DNA of 64,000 nucleotides, from contig JBKPTH010000056.1 of assembly GCA_046765915.1 (NCBI GenBank), positions 20,405-84,404 on the forward strand. Direction: 5' to 3'. The DNA is from Acidobacteriota bacterium. GTDB taxonomy: Bacteria; Acidobacteriota; Thermoanaerobaculia; Multivoradales; UBA5704. How positions within the stretch are numbered: the first letter of the stretch is position 1; the number at the start of each line of letters is the position of its first letter. Below the pieces are notes generated by a model. That model did not search any database. It saw only the letters and a program-made list of their open reading frames with translations, and was not told the origin of the DNA. This document shows positions 17,680 through 30,761 of the stretch, piece after piece. A program made the position numbers and the translations under genes.

Positions 17680-19338
17680 ATGCTCAAAAAGCTTAGGATT
17701 CTGCGCGCCGCATCCCTTGCCCTGCTCCTGGCGGCCGCCCTGCTCGCCGGCTGCCGCGCCCGGGACGAGGGGCCGGACGCGACTCCCGCTGCCGCGAAAT
17801 CGGAGGTCCCCCGGCGCGGCGGCACCGCGGTCACCGGCTGGGTCGCCGAGCCCGGCGGCGTCAACGAGCTGATCGTTCCCTCCAGCCAGGTCACCAACGA
17901 GCTGCTGTTCCGCATCTACGGCCACCTGATGGAGGAGCAGGCGGATTTCGAGGAGCATCCGGCGACCCTCAAGCCGATGCTCGCGAAATCCTGGGAGTTC
18001 TCGGACGGCCATAAGACCCTCACCTTCCACCTGCGCGAGGACGCGGTGTGGAGCGACGGCGTCCCCATCACCGCCGAGGACGTACGCTGGACCTGGCAGG
18101 CCCAGACCCATCCCGAGGTCGCCTGGGACAGCGTCGACGCGAAGCGCTGGATCACCGACGTCGAGGTGGTGGACCCGCACACGGTGCGCATGCATTTCGC
18201 GCAGGTCTCCGCCAAGCAGCTCCTCGCCGCCAACGAAGGGGTCATCCTGCCCAAGCACGTCTGGGAGAAGCTGCCCTTTTCCCAATGGCGGCAGGGCGGC
18301 GAATGGTTCCGCGCCCACGCGGTGGTGAGCGGTCCCTTCGTCATCGCCTCCTGGGAGCCGGGGCAGCAGCTCGTGCTGCGGCGCAACGACCGTTACTACG
18401 AAAAGGAATTCCCCTATCTCGACCGCGTGGTGATGCGCTTCGTCCCCGACCAGGCGAGCCTGCTGGCCCAGCTCCTCAACGGCGAGGTCGACTTCGTGCC
18501 GCAGATCGCACCCGGCGACGCGCCGCGGGTGAAAGCCAATCCCCGCCTGAGGCTCATCTCCAACTGGTTCAACATCTACGTCGGCATCGTCTGGAACAAC
18601 GAGCATCCGCCGTTTACCGATCCGGAGGTGCGGCGCGCGCTCACCCTCGGCATCGATCGGCAGACGATCGTCGAGACCCTGTGGGGTGAGTACGGGCGGA
18701 TCGCCACCTCACCCATCCTGACCTCGGTGTGGGCGCACGACAAGTCGCTCCAGCCCTGGCCCTACGACCCGGCCGAAGCGCGCCGCATCCTCGACGCCAA
18801 GGGATGGAAGGATGCGGACGGCGACGGCGTGCTCGATCGCCACGGCAAGCCGTTCGTCATCGAGCTGGAGACCAACGCCGGCAACCAGGCGCGCGTGGAC
18901 GCCCTGGTGATGATCCAGGACCAGTTGAAGAAGGTGGGGATCCGCGTCGAGCCCCTGCAGGTGGAGTTCAACACCATGATGTCGCAGATAGTCGACGGCA
19001 AGTTCGACGCCGCCATCCTCGGCCAGAGCCTGGACACCAGCCTCGACATGACGGACAACTTCCACAGCAAGTCCATCGGCGTGCGCAACAACAACGCGCG
19101 GTACCGCAACCCCGAGGTGGACCGGTTGCTCGAAACCGCGGTCAGCCAGCCCAACATGCGTGACGAGCTGCCCTACCTCCTCCGCATCCAGCGCATCCTT
19201 CACCGCGACCAGCCGATCACCTTCCTCTGGGAATCGAAGCGGCTGAACGCCTGCAACAAACGCCTGCGCAACGTCAAGCCCACGGCGGTGTTCTCGTTCT
19301 CCAATCTCAAGGAGTGGTGGATCCAGCCGGAGGGCTGA
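17680..19338 (+). CDS. ABC transporter substrate-binding lipoprotein, family 5 (peptide/nickel)
   Basis: Lipobox LAGC, LAKSWE, WSDGVPITAEDV, SGPF, VRRAL, DGDGVLD. Confidence 0.92.
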   Translation: MLKKLRILRAASLALLLAAALLAGCRARDEGPDATPAAAKSEVPRRGGTAVTGWVAEPGGVNELIVPSSQVTNELLFRIYGHLMEEQADFEEHPATLKPMLAKSWEFSDGHKTLTFHLREDAVWSDGVPITAEDVRWTWQAQTHPEVAWDSVDAKRWITDVEVVDPHTVRMHFAQVSAKQLLAANEGVILPKHVWEKLPFSQWRQGGEWFRAHAVVSGPFVIASWEPGQQLVLRRNDRYYEKEFPYLDRVVMRFVPDQASLLAQLLNGEVDFVPQIAPGDAPRVKANPRLRLISNWFNIYVGIVWNNEHPPFTDPEVRRALTLGIDRQTIVETLWGEYGRIATSPILTSVWAHDKSLQPWPYDPAEARRILDAKGWKDADGDGVLDRHGKPFVIELETNAGNQARVDALVMIQDQLKKVGIRVEPLQVEFNTMMSQIVDGKFDAAILGQSLDTSLDMTDNFHSKSIGVRNNNARYRNPEVDRLLETAVSQPNMRDELPYLLRIQRILHRDQPITFLWESKRLNACNKRLRNVKPTAVFSFSNLKEWWIQPEG

Positions 19339-20304
19339 TTGGTCGGCTTCCTCCTGCGGCGCCTGGGCGCCTCGCTGCTGCTCCTGCTGCTCGTCCTCAC
19401 CATCGCGTTCTTCATCCTGCGCCTGATTCCGGGCGATCCGACCCAGGGCGTCGAAGGCCAGCAGTTGACGGCCGAGCAGCAGCAGAGGCTGAGGAAAATC
19501 TACGGCCTCGACCGGCCTCTGGCCGAGCAGTACGCCGCCTGGCTTTCCTCGGTAGCGCGGGGCGACTGGGGAACGTCGCTCTCGCAGCAACGGCCGGTCT
19601 CCTCCGCCATGCTCGGCGCCCTGCCGGCCACGGCCATCCTGGCCTCGGCGGCCGTCACCGTGGAGTTCGGCGCGGCGCTGCTGCTCGGCGTTGCCGCGGC
19701 TCTCCGGCGCCGGTCGTCCGTGGATCACGCCATCCGCATCAGCACGCTGTTCCTGCACTCCCAGCCGGTCTTCTGGCTCGGCCTCATGGCGATCCTCCTC
19801 TTCTCCTACGTCTGGCCGGTGCTGCCGGCGAGCCACATGCATTCGGTGGACGCCGATCTGATGGGGCCCGCCGGCCGCTTCCTCGACCTCCTCCGGCACC
19901 TGGTGCTCCCCTGCCTCGTCCTGGGCCTCTCGAACGCCGGCGCCACGGCGCGCCAAGTCCGCGCCAGCCTGATCGAGGTGATGAGCCAGGACTACATCCG
20001 CGCCGCCCGCGCCAAGGGGCTCTCGGAGCGGCGCGTCGTCTGGGTGCACGGCATCCGCAACGCCGCCGTGCCGTGGATCCAGCTCTTCGCCCTCACGCTG
20101 CCGGCCCTGCTCTCGGGCGCGCTGATCACCGAGGTCGTCTTCTCCTGGCCTGGCCTCGGCCAGCTCACCTTCAACGCCATCCTCGCGCGCGACTACCCGC
20201 TGATCCTCGGCGCGACGGCGCTGAGCGCCACCATGGTGGTCCTCGGCAATCTCCTCGCCGACGTCCTCCACGCCCTGGTCGACCCGAGGGTCCGCGATGC
20301 CTAG
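19339..20304 (+). CDS. ABC transporter permease (OppB/DppB-like)
   Basis: PGDP, YGLDRPL, DYIRAARAKGL, FSWPGLG, RDYP. Confidence 0.93.
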   Translation: MVGFLLRRLGASLLLLLLVLTIAFFILRLIPGDPTQGVEGQQLTAEQQQRLRKIYGLDRPLAEQYAAWLSSVARGDWGTSLSQQRPVSSAMLGALPATAILASAAVTVEFGAALLLGVAAALRRRSSVDHAIRISTLFLHSQPVFWLGLMAILLFSYVWPVLPASHMHSVDADLMGPAGRFLDLLRHLVLPCLVLGLSNAGATARQVRASLIEVMSQDYIRAARAKGLSERRVVWVHGIRNAAVPWIQLFALTLPALLSGALITEVVFSWPGLGQLTFNAILARDYPLILGATALSATMVVLGNLLADVLHALVDPRVRDA

Positions 20305-21292
20305 GGTGCCGCGAGAGAGGCGCCGGTCGCGGTCTCCTTCCCTCCGCTGGGGAATGGGCATGGTGACCGTGCTGCTGCTGACCGCGGCGGCGGCGCCGTG
20401 GCTAGCCCCTTACGATCCGGCCGAGCAGCTCGATCCGCCGGCCGGCCAATACCGGCCTCCGGGCACGGCGCTCGTCGCCGTCCACCTGCAAGACGGCGGC
20501 TGGCGGCTGGCCGACCGGGTCCGGCGCACGGCGGACGGGCTCGAGATCGAGCGCCTCGGTCGCCGCGAGAGCCTGCCCGCCGCGAGCGTGCAGAACCTCA
20601 CGGCAGACGGCGTCGCCGACCGCCGCGTCTTCCTGCTCGGCAGCGACCGCTTCGGCCGCGACATCCTCTCGCGCATGCTCTACGGCGCCCGCGTCTCCCT
20701 GGCGGTAGGGCTCATCGCCATGGCGCTCGCGCTGACGCTGGGGATCGCCCTGGGAGCCGCCGCGGCGATCGGCGGCTGGCTGGTCGACGCGCTGGTGATG
20801 CGGAGCGTGGACGCTCTCCTCTCCTTCCCCTGGCTGTTCCTCATGCTGGCGCTCTCCGCCTTCCTGCGGCCCAGCGCCTCGGCGACAGTGATCATCCTGG
20901 GAGCCACGGGCTGGATGCCTATCAGCCGGCTCATGCGGGCGGAGATCCTGAGCCTGCAGAACCGGGAGTTCATCGTCGCCGCCCGCGCCCTCGGGCAGCG
21001 GCCGCTGGTCATCCTCTGGCGGCATCTGCTGCCCAACGCCTTCACCCCGGTGCTCATCCAGGCGACGCTCCTCATCGGCAACCTGATCCTCGTCGAATCG
21101 GCGCTGTCGTTCCTCGGCATGGGTATCCAGCCGCCCATCCCGAGCTGGGGCAACCTGATCTCCGAAGGCCGCGCCGTCCTCGTCCAGGCCTGGTGGGTGG
21201 CGACCTTCCCCGGCGCCGCCATCGCCTTCACCGTCATCGCCTTCAACCTGCTCGCCGACGGGCTGCGGGATATGCTGGATCCGCGGGGGTAG
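20297..21292 (+). CDS. ABC transporter permease (OppC/DppC-like)
   Basis: LGSDRFGRDILSR, EFIVAARALG, HLLPN, LSFLGMG, DGLRD. Confidence 0.93.
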   Translation: MPRVPRERRRSRSPSLRWGMGMVTVLLLTAAAAPWLAPYDPAEQLDPPAGQYRPPGTALVAVHLQDGGWRLADRVRRTADGLEIERLGRRESLPAASVQNLTADGVADRRVFLLGSDRFGRDILSRMLYGARVSLAVGLIAMALALTLGIALGAAAAIGGWLVDALVMRSVDALLSFPWLFLMLALSAFLRPSASATVIILGATGWMPISRLMRAEILSLQNREFIVAARALGQRPLVILWRHLLPNAFTPVLIQATLLIGNLILVESALSFLGMGIQPPIPSWGNLISEGRAVLVQAWWVATFPGAAIAFTVIAFNLLADGLRDMLDPRG

Positions 21293-21319
21293 ATCCCCCG
21301 ATGCTACACTCCGGCGCCT

Positions 21320-22561
21320 GTGAACGAGATCCGAACTCCGCCGCGCCGCCGGGCCCGGCTCACCATCTTCCTGACCATCCTGCTCGATCTCATCGGGTTC
21401 GGGATGATCCTGCCGCTGCTGCCTTTCTACGCCCAGGAGTTCCGGGCCACGCCGCTGCAGATCGGCCTGCTCTTCTCCTCCTACAGCCTGACCCAGCTCG
21501 TCTTCGCGCCGCTCCTCGGACGCCTCTCGGACCGCGTCGGCCGCCGGCCGGTGCTGCTCGGCTCCATCGCCGGCGGCGCCCTCTCCTACCTGCTGTTCGC
21601 CTTCGCGCCGTCGTACGCGGTGCTGCTGATCTCCCGCTCGCTCGCCGGCGTCGCGGCCGCGAACTACGGCATCGCGCAGGCCTACATGGCGGACGTCTCG
21701 GCGCCCGAGGAACGCTCGCGGGCCATGGGGCTCGTCGGCGCGGCGTTCGGCGCCGGCTTCGTGCTCGGGCCGGCGCTCGGCGGCATCCTGGCGCAGGCGG
21801 GCACGGCGCTGCCGGCGCTCGGGCCGCGCCTCGTGCCGCTCGCCGCCGCGGTTCTCTCCGGGCTCAACTTCCTGCTCGCTCTCTTCGGCCTGCCGGAGTC
21901 GCTCTCGCCCGAGCTGCGTAGCGGCGCGGCGCAGCGCGGCTCCTGGCTGGACCTCGCGGACCTGCGGACCGTCTGGCGCGACGCGCCGTTGCGCGGCCTG
22001 ATGGCGCTGTTCTTCCTCGTCATGTTCTGCTTCTCCATGATGGAGACGACGCTCGCCCTCTTCTGCCAGGCGCGCTTCGGCTTCGGCACGCGCGAGACCT
22101 CGTGGCTCTTCGTCTTCGTCGGCGTCGTGCTTGTGGTGATCCAGGGCGGCCTTCTCGGCAGGCTGATCCGGCGCTTCGGCGAGCGCTCCCTCATCCTCGC
22201 CGGCATCGTCTTCATGGCGGCGGGGCTCGTCCTCGTGCCGCTGACGCCGGCGTCCATCCCGGCGGTGTGGTCCCGCCTGTGGCCCCTCCTGCTGAGCCTG
22301 CTGCTGCTCGCCGTCGGCAACGGCATCCACAACCCCTCCAGCCTGGGGCTGCTGAGCCGCCTCACCGACGAGCGGTCGCAGGGCGGGACGATCGGCCTGT
22401 CGCGCTCGTTCGGAGCCCTCGCCCGCATCTTCGGTCCCGTGGCGGGGACGTTCGTCTTCGGCGCCGCCGGAGCCGCCTGGCCGTTCTGGACCGCCGGCGG
22501 CCTGATGCTCGTCGCCCTGGCGGTGGCGGCGAACGTCCTGCGCGAGGTCTCGATCGTCTAG
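21320..22561 (+). CDS. MFS transporter (TetA/DHA1-like)
   Basis: DLIGFGMILPLLP, GRLSDRVGRRPVLL motif A, GFVLGPALGG. Confidence 0.92.
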   Translation: MNEIRTPPRRRARLTIFLTILLDLIGFGMILPLLPFYAQEFRATPLQIGLLFSSYSLTQLVFAPLLGRLSDRVGRRPVLLGSIAGGALSYLLFAFAPSYAVLLISRSLAGVAAANYGIAQAYMADVSAPEERSRAMGLVGAAFGAGFVLGPALGGILAQAGTALPALGPRLVPLAAAVLSGLNFLLALFGLPESLSPELRSGAAQRGSWLDLADLRTVWRDAPLRGLMALFFLVMFCFSMMETTLALFCQARFGFGTRETSWLFVFVGVVLVVIQGGLLGRLIRRFGERSLILAGIVFMAAGLVLVPLTPASIPAVWSRLWPLLLSLLLLAVGNGIHNPSSLGLLSRLTDERSQGGTIGLSRSFGALARIFGPVAGTFVFGAAGAAWPFWTAGGLMLVALAVAANVLREVSIV

Positions 22562-22576
22562 CGGCGTCGACTCCCG

Positions 22577-23617
22577 GTGCTCACCCGCGATTTCGACTAC
22601 GATCTGCCGGCCGCGAGCATCGCCCAGGAGCCCGCGCCGCGCGGCGAGAGCCGTCTCCTGGTGCTCGACCGCGACGGCCCCGAGCGTCACGCCCACGTGC
22701 GCGACCTGCCCCGCCTGCTGCGCCCCGGCGATCTGCTGGTGGTCAACGACACGCGGGTCATCCCGGCGCGGCTCTTCGGCCGCCGCATCGGCGGCGGCGG
22801 CCGGATGGAGCTGCTGCTCGTCGAGCGGCTGGGAGAGCGGGAATGGAACGCCCTCGTCAAGCCCGGGAAGCGCGCGCGGCCCGGAACCGCGATCGAGCTC
22901 GCGCCGGACCTCACCGCCGAGGTCATCGATAAGGACGAGGAAGGCCGCTACCGCCTGCGCTTCTCGGAGCCCGTCGAGCCGCATCTCGAGCGGCTGGGGC
23001 ACGTGCCGCTGCCGCCGTACATCCACCGGCCGGATACGCCGGAGGACCGCGAGCGCTATCAGACCGTCTACGCGCGCTCACCCGGCGCCATCGCGGCGCC
23101 CACGGCGGGGCTCCACTTCAGCGAAGGGCTGCTGCGCGAGATCGAAGCCGCCGGCGTCGGCATCGCCCGCGTGACGCTCCACGTGGGGTTCGGCACCTTC
23201 AAGCCGGTCACTGCCGAGCGGATCGCGGAGCACCGCATGGAAAGCGAGCGCTACGAGATCGGCGAGGAAGCGGCAGCCGCGATCCGCAGTACGAGTGAGA
23301 ACGGCGCACGGGTGGTGGCTGTCGGGACGACGGTCGTGCGCACGCTCGAATCCGCGGCGCTCGCGGGAGGCGGCGAGGTGCGGGCCGGCGGCGGCGCGAC
23401 GGAGCTCTTCATCACTCCCGGATTTGAGTTCCAGGTGGTGGACGCGCTGCTGACGAATTTCCACCTTCCCCGTTCAACGCTGCTGATGCTGGTCTCCGCC
23501 TTCGCCGGCCGCGAGCGGGTGCTCGCCGCCTATGAGGAGGCGGTGCGGGAGGGGTATATGTTCTATTCGTATGGGGATGCGATGTTGGTAGAACGGCAGA
23601 CGGCCTACGACCCGTGA
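22577..23617 (+). CDS. queA: S-adenosylmethionine:tRNA ribosyltransferase-isomerase
   Basis: FDYDLP, VNDTRVIPARL, PLPPYI, YQTVYA, AAPTAGLHF, TNFHLPRSTL, FYSYGDAM. Confidence 0.97.
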   Translation: MLTRDFDYDLPAASIAQEPAPRGESRLLVLDRDGPERHAHVRDLPRLLRPGDLLVVNDTRVIPARLFGRRIGGGGRMELLLVERLGEREWNALVKPGKRARPGTAIELAPDLTAEVIDKDEEGRYRLRFSEPVEPHLERLGHVPLPPYIHRPDTPEDRERYQTVYARSPGAIAAPTAGLHFSEGLLREIEAAGVGIARVTLHVGFGTFKPVTAERIAEHRMESERYEIGEEAAAAIRSTSENGARVVAVGTTVVRTLESAALAGGGEVRAGGGATELFITPGFEFQVVDALLTNFHLPRSTLLMLVSAFAGRERVLAAYEEAVREGYMFYSYGDAMLVERQTAYDP

Positions 23618-23670
23618 GGAAACGAATCCGTTGTTCGCAGGGTCGTAGCGGCCGGCCTACGTGCCGGCCG
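23605..23670. repeat. Degenerate GTAG REP pair between convergent queA and larB
   Basis: ctacgaccc...gggtcgtag inverted, plus gtagcggccggcctacgtgccggccg overlapping the larB stop. Confidence 0.65.
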
Positions 23671-24424
23671 TCTTGCTGCCGCCGCCCCGCGCAATCCGGC
23701 TCGCCAGCACCGCCGCGCCGTAACCGTTGTCGATGTTCACCACCCCGATGCCGGGCGCGCAGCCGTTGAGCATGGTGAGGAGCGCGGCGAGGCCGCCGAA
23801 GCTCGAACCGTAGCCGACGCTCGTGGGCACGGCCACCACCGGCGCCGGCACCAGGCTCGCCACCACCGTCGGCAGGGCGCCGTCCATCCCCGCGACGGCG
23901 ATGACGACGTCCGCCCGCCGCAGCGCCGGGAGGTTGTCCAGCAGCCGGTGGAGCCCGGCGATCCCGACGTCGTACGAGCGCTCGACCTCGTGCCCGAACC
24001 AGGAGGCACAGACCGCCGCTTCTTCCGCCACGGCGAGGTCGGAGGTGCCGGCGGCGAGCACGGCGATCGTGCCCGGCTGCGACTCCGGCGGGCCGCCGCA
24101 GGTGAGGATCCGCGCGCGCTCGTGATAGACGGCGCCCGGGAAGGCCGCCGTCAATCCATCCGCGACGTCCGCCGCCAGACGCGTCACCAGCACCCGGCCG
24201 CGCGCCTGCAGCATGCGATCGACGATGGCCCTGAGATCCTCCGGCCGCTTGCCCTCGGCGTAGATCGTCTCCGGCAGGCCGTTGCGCAGCTCGCGGTGGA
24301 GATCGAGCTTGGCGAAGCCGAGATCGGCGTAGGGCAGCTCCGCCAGATCGCCGAGGGCCTCTTCCGGCGATCGCTCGCCCGCGGCCACCGCCGCGAGAAG
24401 GCGCTTGAGCTGTTCGGGATTCAC
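23657..24424 (-). CDS. larB: Nickel pincer cofactor biosynthesis carboxylase/hydrolase
   Basis: FAKLDLHRELRNGLPETIYAEGK, AGTSD, DVGIAGLHRL, AGMDGALP, PTSVGYG, VVNIDNGYGA; GTG start 24424. Confidence 0.95.
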   Translation of the reverse strand: MNPEQLKRLLAAVAAGERSPEEALGDLAELPYADLGFAKLDLHRELRNGLPETIYAEGKRPEDLRAIVDRMLQARGRVLVTRLAADVADGLTAAFPGAVYHERARILTCGGPPESQPGTIAVLAAGTSDLAVAEEAAVCASWFGHEVERSYDVGIAGLHRLLDNLPALRRADVVIAVAGMDGALPTVVASLVPAPVVAVPTSVGYGSSFGGLAALLTMLNGCAPGIGVVNIDNGYGAAVLASRIARGGGSKTAGT

Positions 24425-25221
24425 GGCGGAGGCGGCGAGGCGAGGTCCGCGCCGCCGCGCCGGTAGCCGCGCGGATCGAAGCCGACGCGCGCGAAGCCGA
24501 GGGAGCGCAGGCGCGGCTCGACCTCGGTCCAGATCGCCGCCAGCCGCGGCACCTCGTCCGGGCCGACCTCGACGCGGGCCGCGCCGGCATCGTGCCGCAC
24601 GCGGACGACGCGGAACCCGGCTCCCGCCAGGACCTCCTCGGCGGCTTCGATGCGGCGGAGCTTGCCCAGGGTGACCGTCTGCCCGTGCGGAATGCGGGAG
24701 GAGAGGCAGGCGTTGGCCGGACGGTCCCAGACGGAGAGCCCGAGAGCCCGAGCGATGGCCCGCGTCTCCGCCTTGCCGATGCCATGCGCGAGGAGCGGCG
24801 AATAGACCCCGTTCTCGCGCACCGCCTTGAGACCCGGCCTGTCCGGACCGGGATCGGAAGCGTTGGTGCCGTCGCACACCACGGCGAATCCCCGCTCCGC
24901 CGCCAGCCGCACCATGGTGCCCATGCGCATCCCCTGGCAGACGTAGCAGCGCCAGGCGGGATTGGCCACGAACTCGGGATCGTCGAGCTCGCTGTAGGTG
25001 ACCACCTCGTGCCGGATGCCGATCTCCGCCGCCACCCGCCGCGCGTGATCGAGCTCCGCCCCGGCGAGAGTCTCCGCCGCCGCCGTCACCGCCAGGGCGC
25101 GTTCGCCCAAAGCCCGGTGCGCCAAGGCCGCGACGACCGCCGAATCGACGCCGCCGGAATAGGCGACGAGGATCGAACCGCGGCTGGTCAGATCGGAGAG
25201 GAGGGGGGTGAGGTCAAGCAT
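24421..25221 (-). CDS. larE: ATP-dependent sulfur transferase (PP-loop)
   Basis: AYSGGVDS, RCYVC, DGTNASD, RPGL, ACLSSRIP; coupled to larB. Confidence 0.93.
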   Translation of the reverse strand: MLDLTPLLSDLTSRGSILVAYSGGVDSAVVAALAHRALGERALAVTAAAETLAGAELDHARRVAAEIGIRHEVVTYSELDDPEFVANPAWRCYVCQGMRMGTMVRLAAERGFAVVCDGTNASDPGPDRPGLKAVRENGVYSPLLAHGIGKAETRAIARALGLSVWDRPANACLSSRIPHGQTVTLGKLRRIEAAEEVLAGAGFRVVRVRHDAGAARVEVGPDEVPRLAAIWTEVEPRLRSLGFARVGFDPRGYRRGGADLASPPPP

Positions 25222-25246
25222 CAAAGGGTCATGCTAACACGGGGGT

Positions 25247-25416
25247 TCTGCCCTTCGAGACCTCACCCCCTGTCCCCCTCTCCCTGACGGGCGAGGGGGG
25301 ACGATTCAGAACCGGTATTGCCGATAGGAGCGTTCGGATTCAGCAAGACCCCTTCGCATGCGTCCCCCTCGCCCGTCAGGGAGAGGGGGACAGGGGGTGA
25401 GGCTTCGGAGGGCAGA
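25247..25416. repeat. REP/REPIN-like inverted pair (same family as 1428-1564)
   Basis: cctcaccccctgtccccctctccctgacgggcgaggggg and its inverted copy. Confidence 0.85.
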
Positions 25417-25447
25417 CCGTCTCGCCCTGCAACACCCTCTGTACAGG

Positions 25448-25829
25448 CTACCTCGACGGCCGAGCCGGAAACTTCATCGTCACCGGCACCAGGAACAGCA
25501 CGCTGAACACGCCGAAGGCCCAGAGCGGCACGAACGGCGCCGCCTGCTGAGCCTTGAAAGGCGCCATGCCGCGCAGCAGGCTGAGGATCGCCGGCGGACC
25601 GAGATAGTAGATCAGCAGGTAGAGGCGGCGGATGCGGGCGGGCAGGTCCCGCGTCCGGATGACGTAGAGGATGCCGAAGCCCCAGCCCAGCGCCACCGCC
25701 ACGCCGTAGAAGCTGTAGAGCGACAGCGGCAGGCTTCCGGCGAGGGTGAGAATCCCGAGAAAGCTCAACACCCGCAGCACCCAGCAAGCCAGAAAGAGGC
25801 CCAGCAGGGCCACCTCCAGCCGGCCGACC

Positions 25830-25837
<8 letters not shown>
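25448..25837 (-). CDS. Hypothetical 4-TM membrane protein
   Basis: Hydrophobic ORF overlapping gcvP stop. Confidence 0.7.
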
Positions 25838-28764
<2,927 letters not shown>

Positions 28765-28778
<14 letters not shown>

Positions 28779-29151
28779 TCTGCACGTACTCCTCGTAGGC
28801 CTCGGCGTTCATCAGGCTCTTGAGGTCCGCGGCCGAGGAGAAGCGGATCTTCACCAGCCAGCCCTCCCCCTGGGGATCCTCGTTGAGCAGCTCCGGATCG
28901 TCGACCACGGCATCGTTGATCTCGATGACCTCGCCCGCCACCGGCGTGTAGACCTCGGCGACGGCCTTGACCGACTCGATCGTGCCCAGCTCGTCGTTGG
29001 TGTTGAACACCTGGCCCACCTCCGGCAGCTCCACGAACACGACCTCGCCCAGCTCCTGTTGCGCGAACTCCGTGATGCCGATGGTGCAGGTGTCGTCGTC
29101 GACCTTCACCCACTCATGCTCCCTCGAATAGAGATAATCACTGGGATACAT
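28765..29151 (-). CDS. gcvH: Glycine cleavage system H protein
   Basis: YSREHEW, IESVKA lipoyl Lys, GEGWL; ATG 29151 after GGAGAAG. Confidence 0.97.
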
Positions 29152-29204
29152 TTCTTCTCCCGTACCCTGGTTTTTTCCTGCTTGACTCACCCAAGATCTT
29201 AGCC

Positions 29205-30296
29205 CTAGCGGGGCCTGCGGTAAAAGGGTATCTCAACCACCGCCGCCGGCACCGGCTTGCCGCGCACGTCCAGCGTCAGCGGCGTGCCCGGCGCCGCCAT
29301 CTCCGGCGGTACGTAGGTCATGCCGATCGCCTTCTCGAACGTGGGGCTCCAGGTGCCGCTGGTGACGGACCCCACCTTGCCGCCGTCCGAGACAACCGCG
29401 TGACCCTGGCGCGCGATTCCCCGCCCCTGGACTTCGAAGCCGGCGAGCTTGCGCGGCACCCCCGCGACCTTCTGCGCCGCCAGGGCCTCGCGGCCGAGGA
29501 ACTCCCCCTTGTCGAGCTTCACCACCCAGCCGAGCCCCGCCTCGTAAGGGGTCGTCGTCTCGTCGATCTCGTGGCCGTAGAGGGCCATGGCCGCCTCCAG
29601 CCGCAGCGTGTCGCGCGCTCCCAGGCCGGCGGGCGCCGCGCCGGCCGCCACCAGCCGGCGCCACACCCTCGGCGCATCCTCCGGCGCCAGATAGATCTCG
29701 AAGCCATCCTCCCCCGTGTAGCCGGTGCGCGAGAGGATGGCGGGAGCCCCGTCCACCTCGCCCTGCAGGAAACCGTAGTACTTGAGCCCGGAGACGTCCG
29801 GCGAGGCGAGCGGCGAGAGGATCTCCAGCGCCTGCGGCCCCTGGAGCGCCAGCAGGGCCCAGCGCTCGCTCTCGTCGGTGACCTCCGCGTCGCCCTCCGC
29901 CCGCTCGGCCATCCACGCGAAGTCGCCGGGGGCGTTCGAGGCGTTGACCACCACCAGGAAGTCCTCGGCGGCGAGCCGGTAGACCAGCAGGTCGTCCACA
30001 TAGGTGCCGCGCTCGGTGAGCAGGCCGCTGTAGTGGGCCCGGCCGGGGACGAGCTTCGCCACGTCGTTCGGCGTCAGCCGCTGGAGGAACGCCTCGGCGC
30101 CCGTCCCGCGCACGCGCACCTCGCCCATGTGCGAGACGTCGAAGAGACCCGCGGCCGTACGAACGGCGCGGTGCTCCTCGATGACCCCGGCGTACTGCAC
30201 CGGCATCTCCCAGCCGGCGAAATCCACCATCTTTGCCCCGGCCTCCAGATGGCAGTCGTAGAGCGGGGTTCTCTTCAGGCTCTGGCTTTGTGTCAT
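29205..30296 (-). CDS. gcvT: Glycine cleavage aminomethyltransferase T
   Basis: [42 protein letters not shown]. Confidence 0.98.
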   Translation of the reverse strand: MTQSQSLKRTPLYDCHLEAGAKMVDFAGWEMPVQYAGVIEEHRAVRTAAGLFDVSHMGEVRVRGTGAEAFLQRLTPNDVAKLVPGRAHYSGLLTERGTYVDDLLVYRLAAEDFLVVVNASNAPGDFAWMAERAEGDAEVTDESERWALLALQGPQALEILSPLASPDVSGLKYYGFLQGEVDGAPAILSRTGYTGEDGFEIYLAPEDAPRVWRRLVAAGAAPAGLGARDTLRLEAAMALYGHEIDETTTPYEAGLGWVVKLDKGEFLGREALAAQKVAGVPRKLAGFEVQGRGIARQGHAVVSDGGKVGSVTSGTWSPTFEKAIGMTYVPPEMAAPGTPLTLDVRGKPVPAAVVEIPFYRRPR

Positions 30297-30335
30297 GGGA
30301 TGGGTCTTGGCGTCGCAGCCGGCCGAGAAACGCTA

Positions 30336-30761
30336 TCACGACCGGGGAGGAGACCAGCCTATCAACTCATAGGGCCGTAGGAACCGTGCTGGCACAGGGT
30401 CATACGGCGAATTTGAGATCTCCACACCGAGACACACGGCAAGCCTGGCAAGGTGTCGGCGACGATCCAACTCCAGCGCCCGAGCCTGCCGGCGAGCAAG
30501 CAAGCGCAGAGTGGCGGGATCGCCATCGCTTCCGTCCGGTAAAGCTCCGAGCAGCGAGAGCGCCACGGGAACCACCTGTCGGAGGAGGGTCAGATCGTCC
30601 GGCAAGATACCTCCGCTTCGAACCGCGAGCAGGACGGCAAAAAAGAACACAGGCCCGAACGCAAGCTGCTGTGCCCAGTAGGCCTCCGCCCGCGGCGATC
30701 CGGAGCGCAATTCCTCGAACATCTGCTCGAGCACCGGCTGCCATCGGGACGTCTCGTTCAC
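30336..30761 (-). CDS. Hypothetical protein coupled to nucleotidyltransferase
   Basis: GTGA overlap with upstream gene; no recognised motif. Confidence 0.55.
   Translation of the reverse strand: MNETSRWQPVLEQMFEELRSGSPRAEAYWAQQLAFGPVFFFAVLLAVRSGGILPDDLTLLRQVVPVALSLLGALPDGSDGDPATLRLLARRQARALELDRRRHLARLAVCLGVEISNSPYDPVPARFLRPYELIGWSPPRS

Noticed and set aside
30297-30500. Glycine riboswitch upstream of gcvT
   Set aside because: No recognisable aptamer; an island ORF ends 40 bp from the gcvT start
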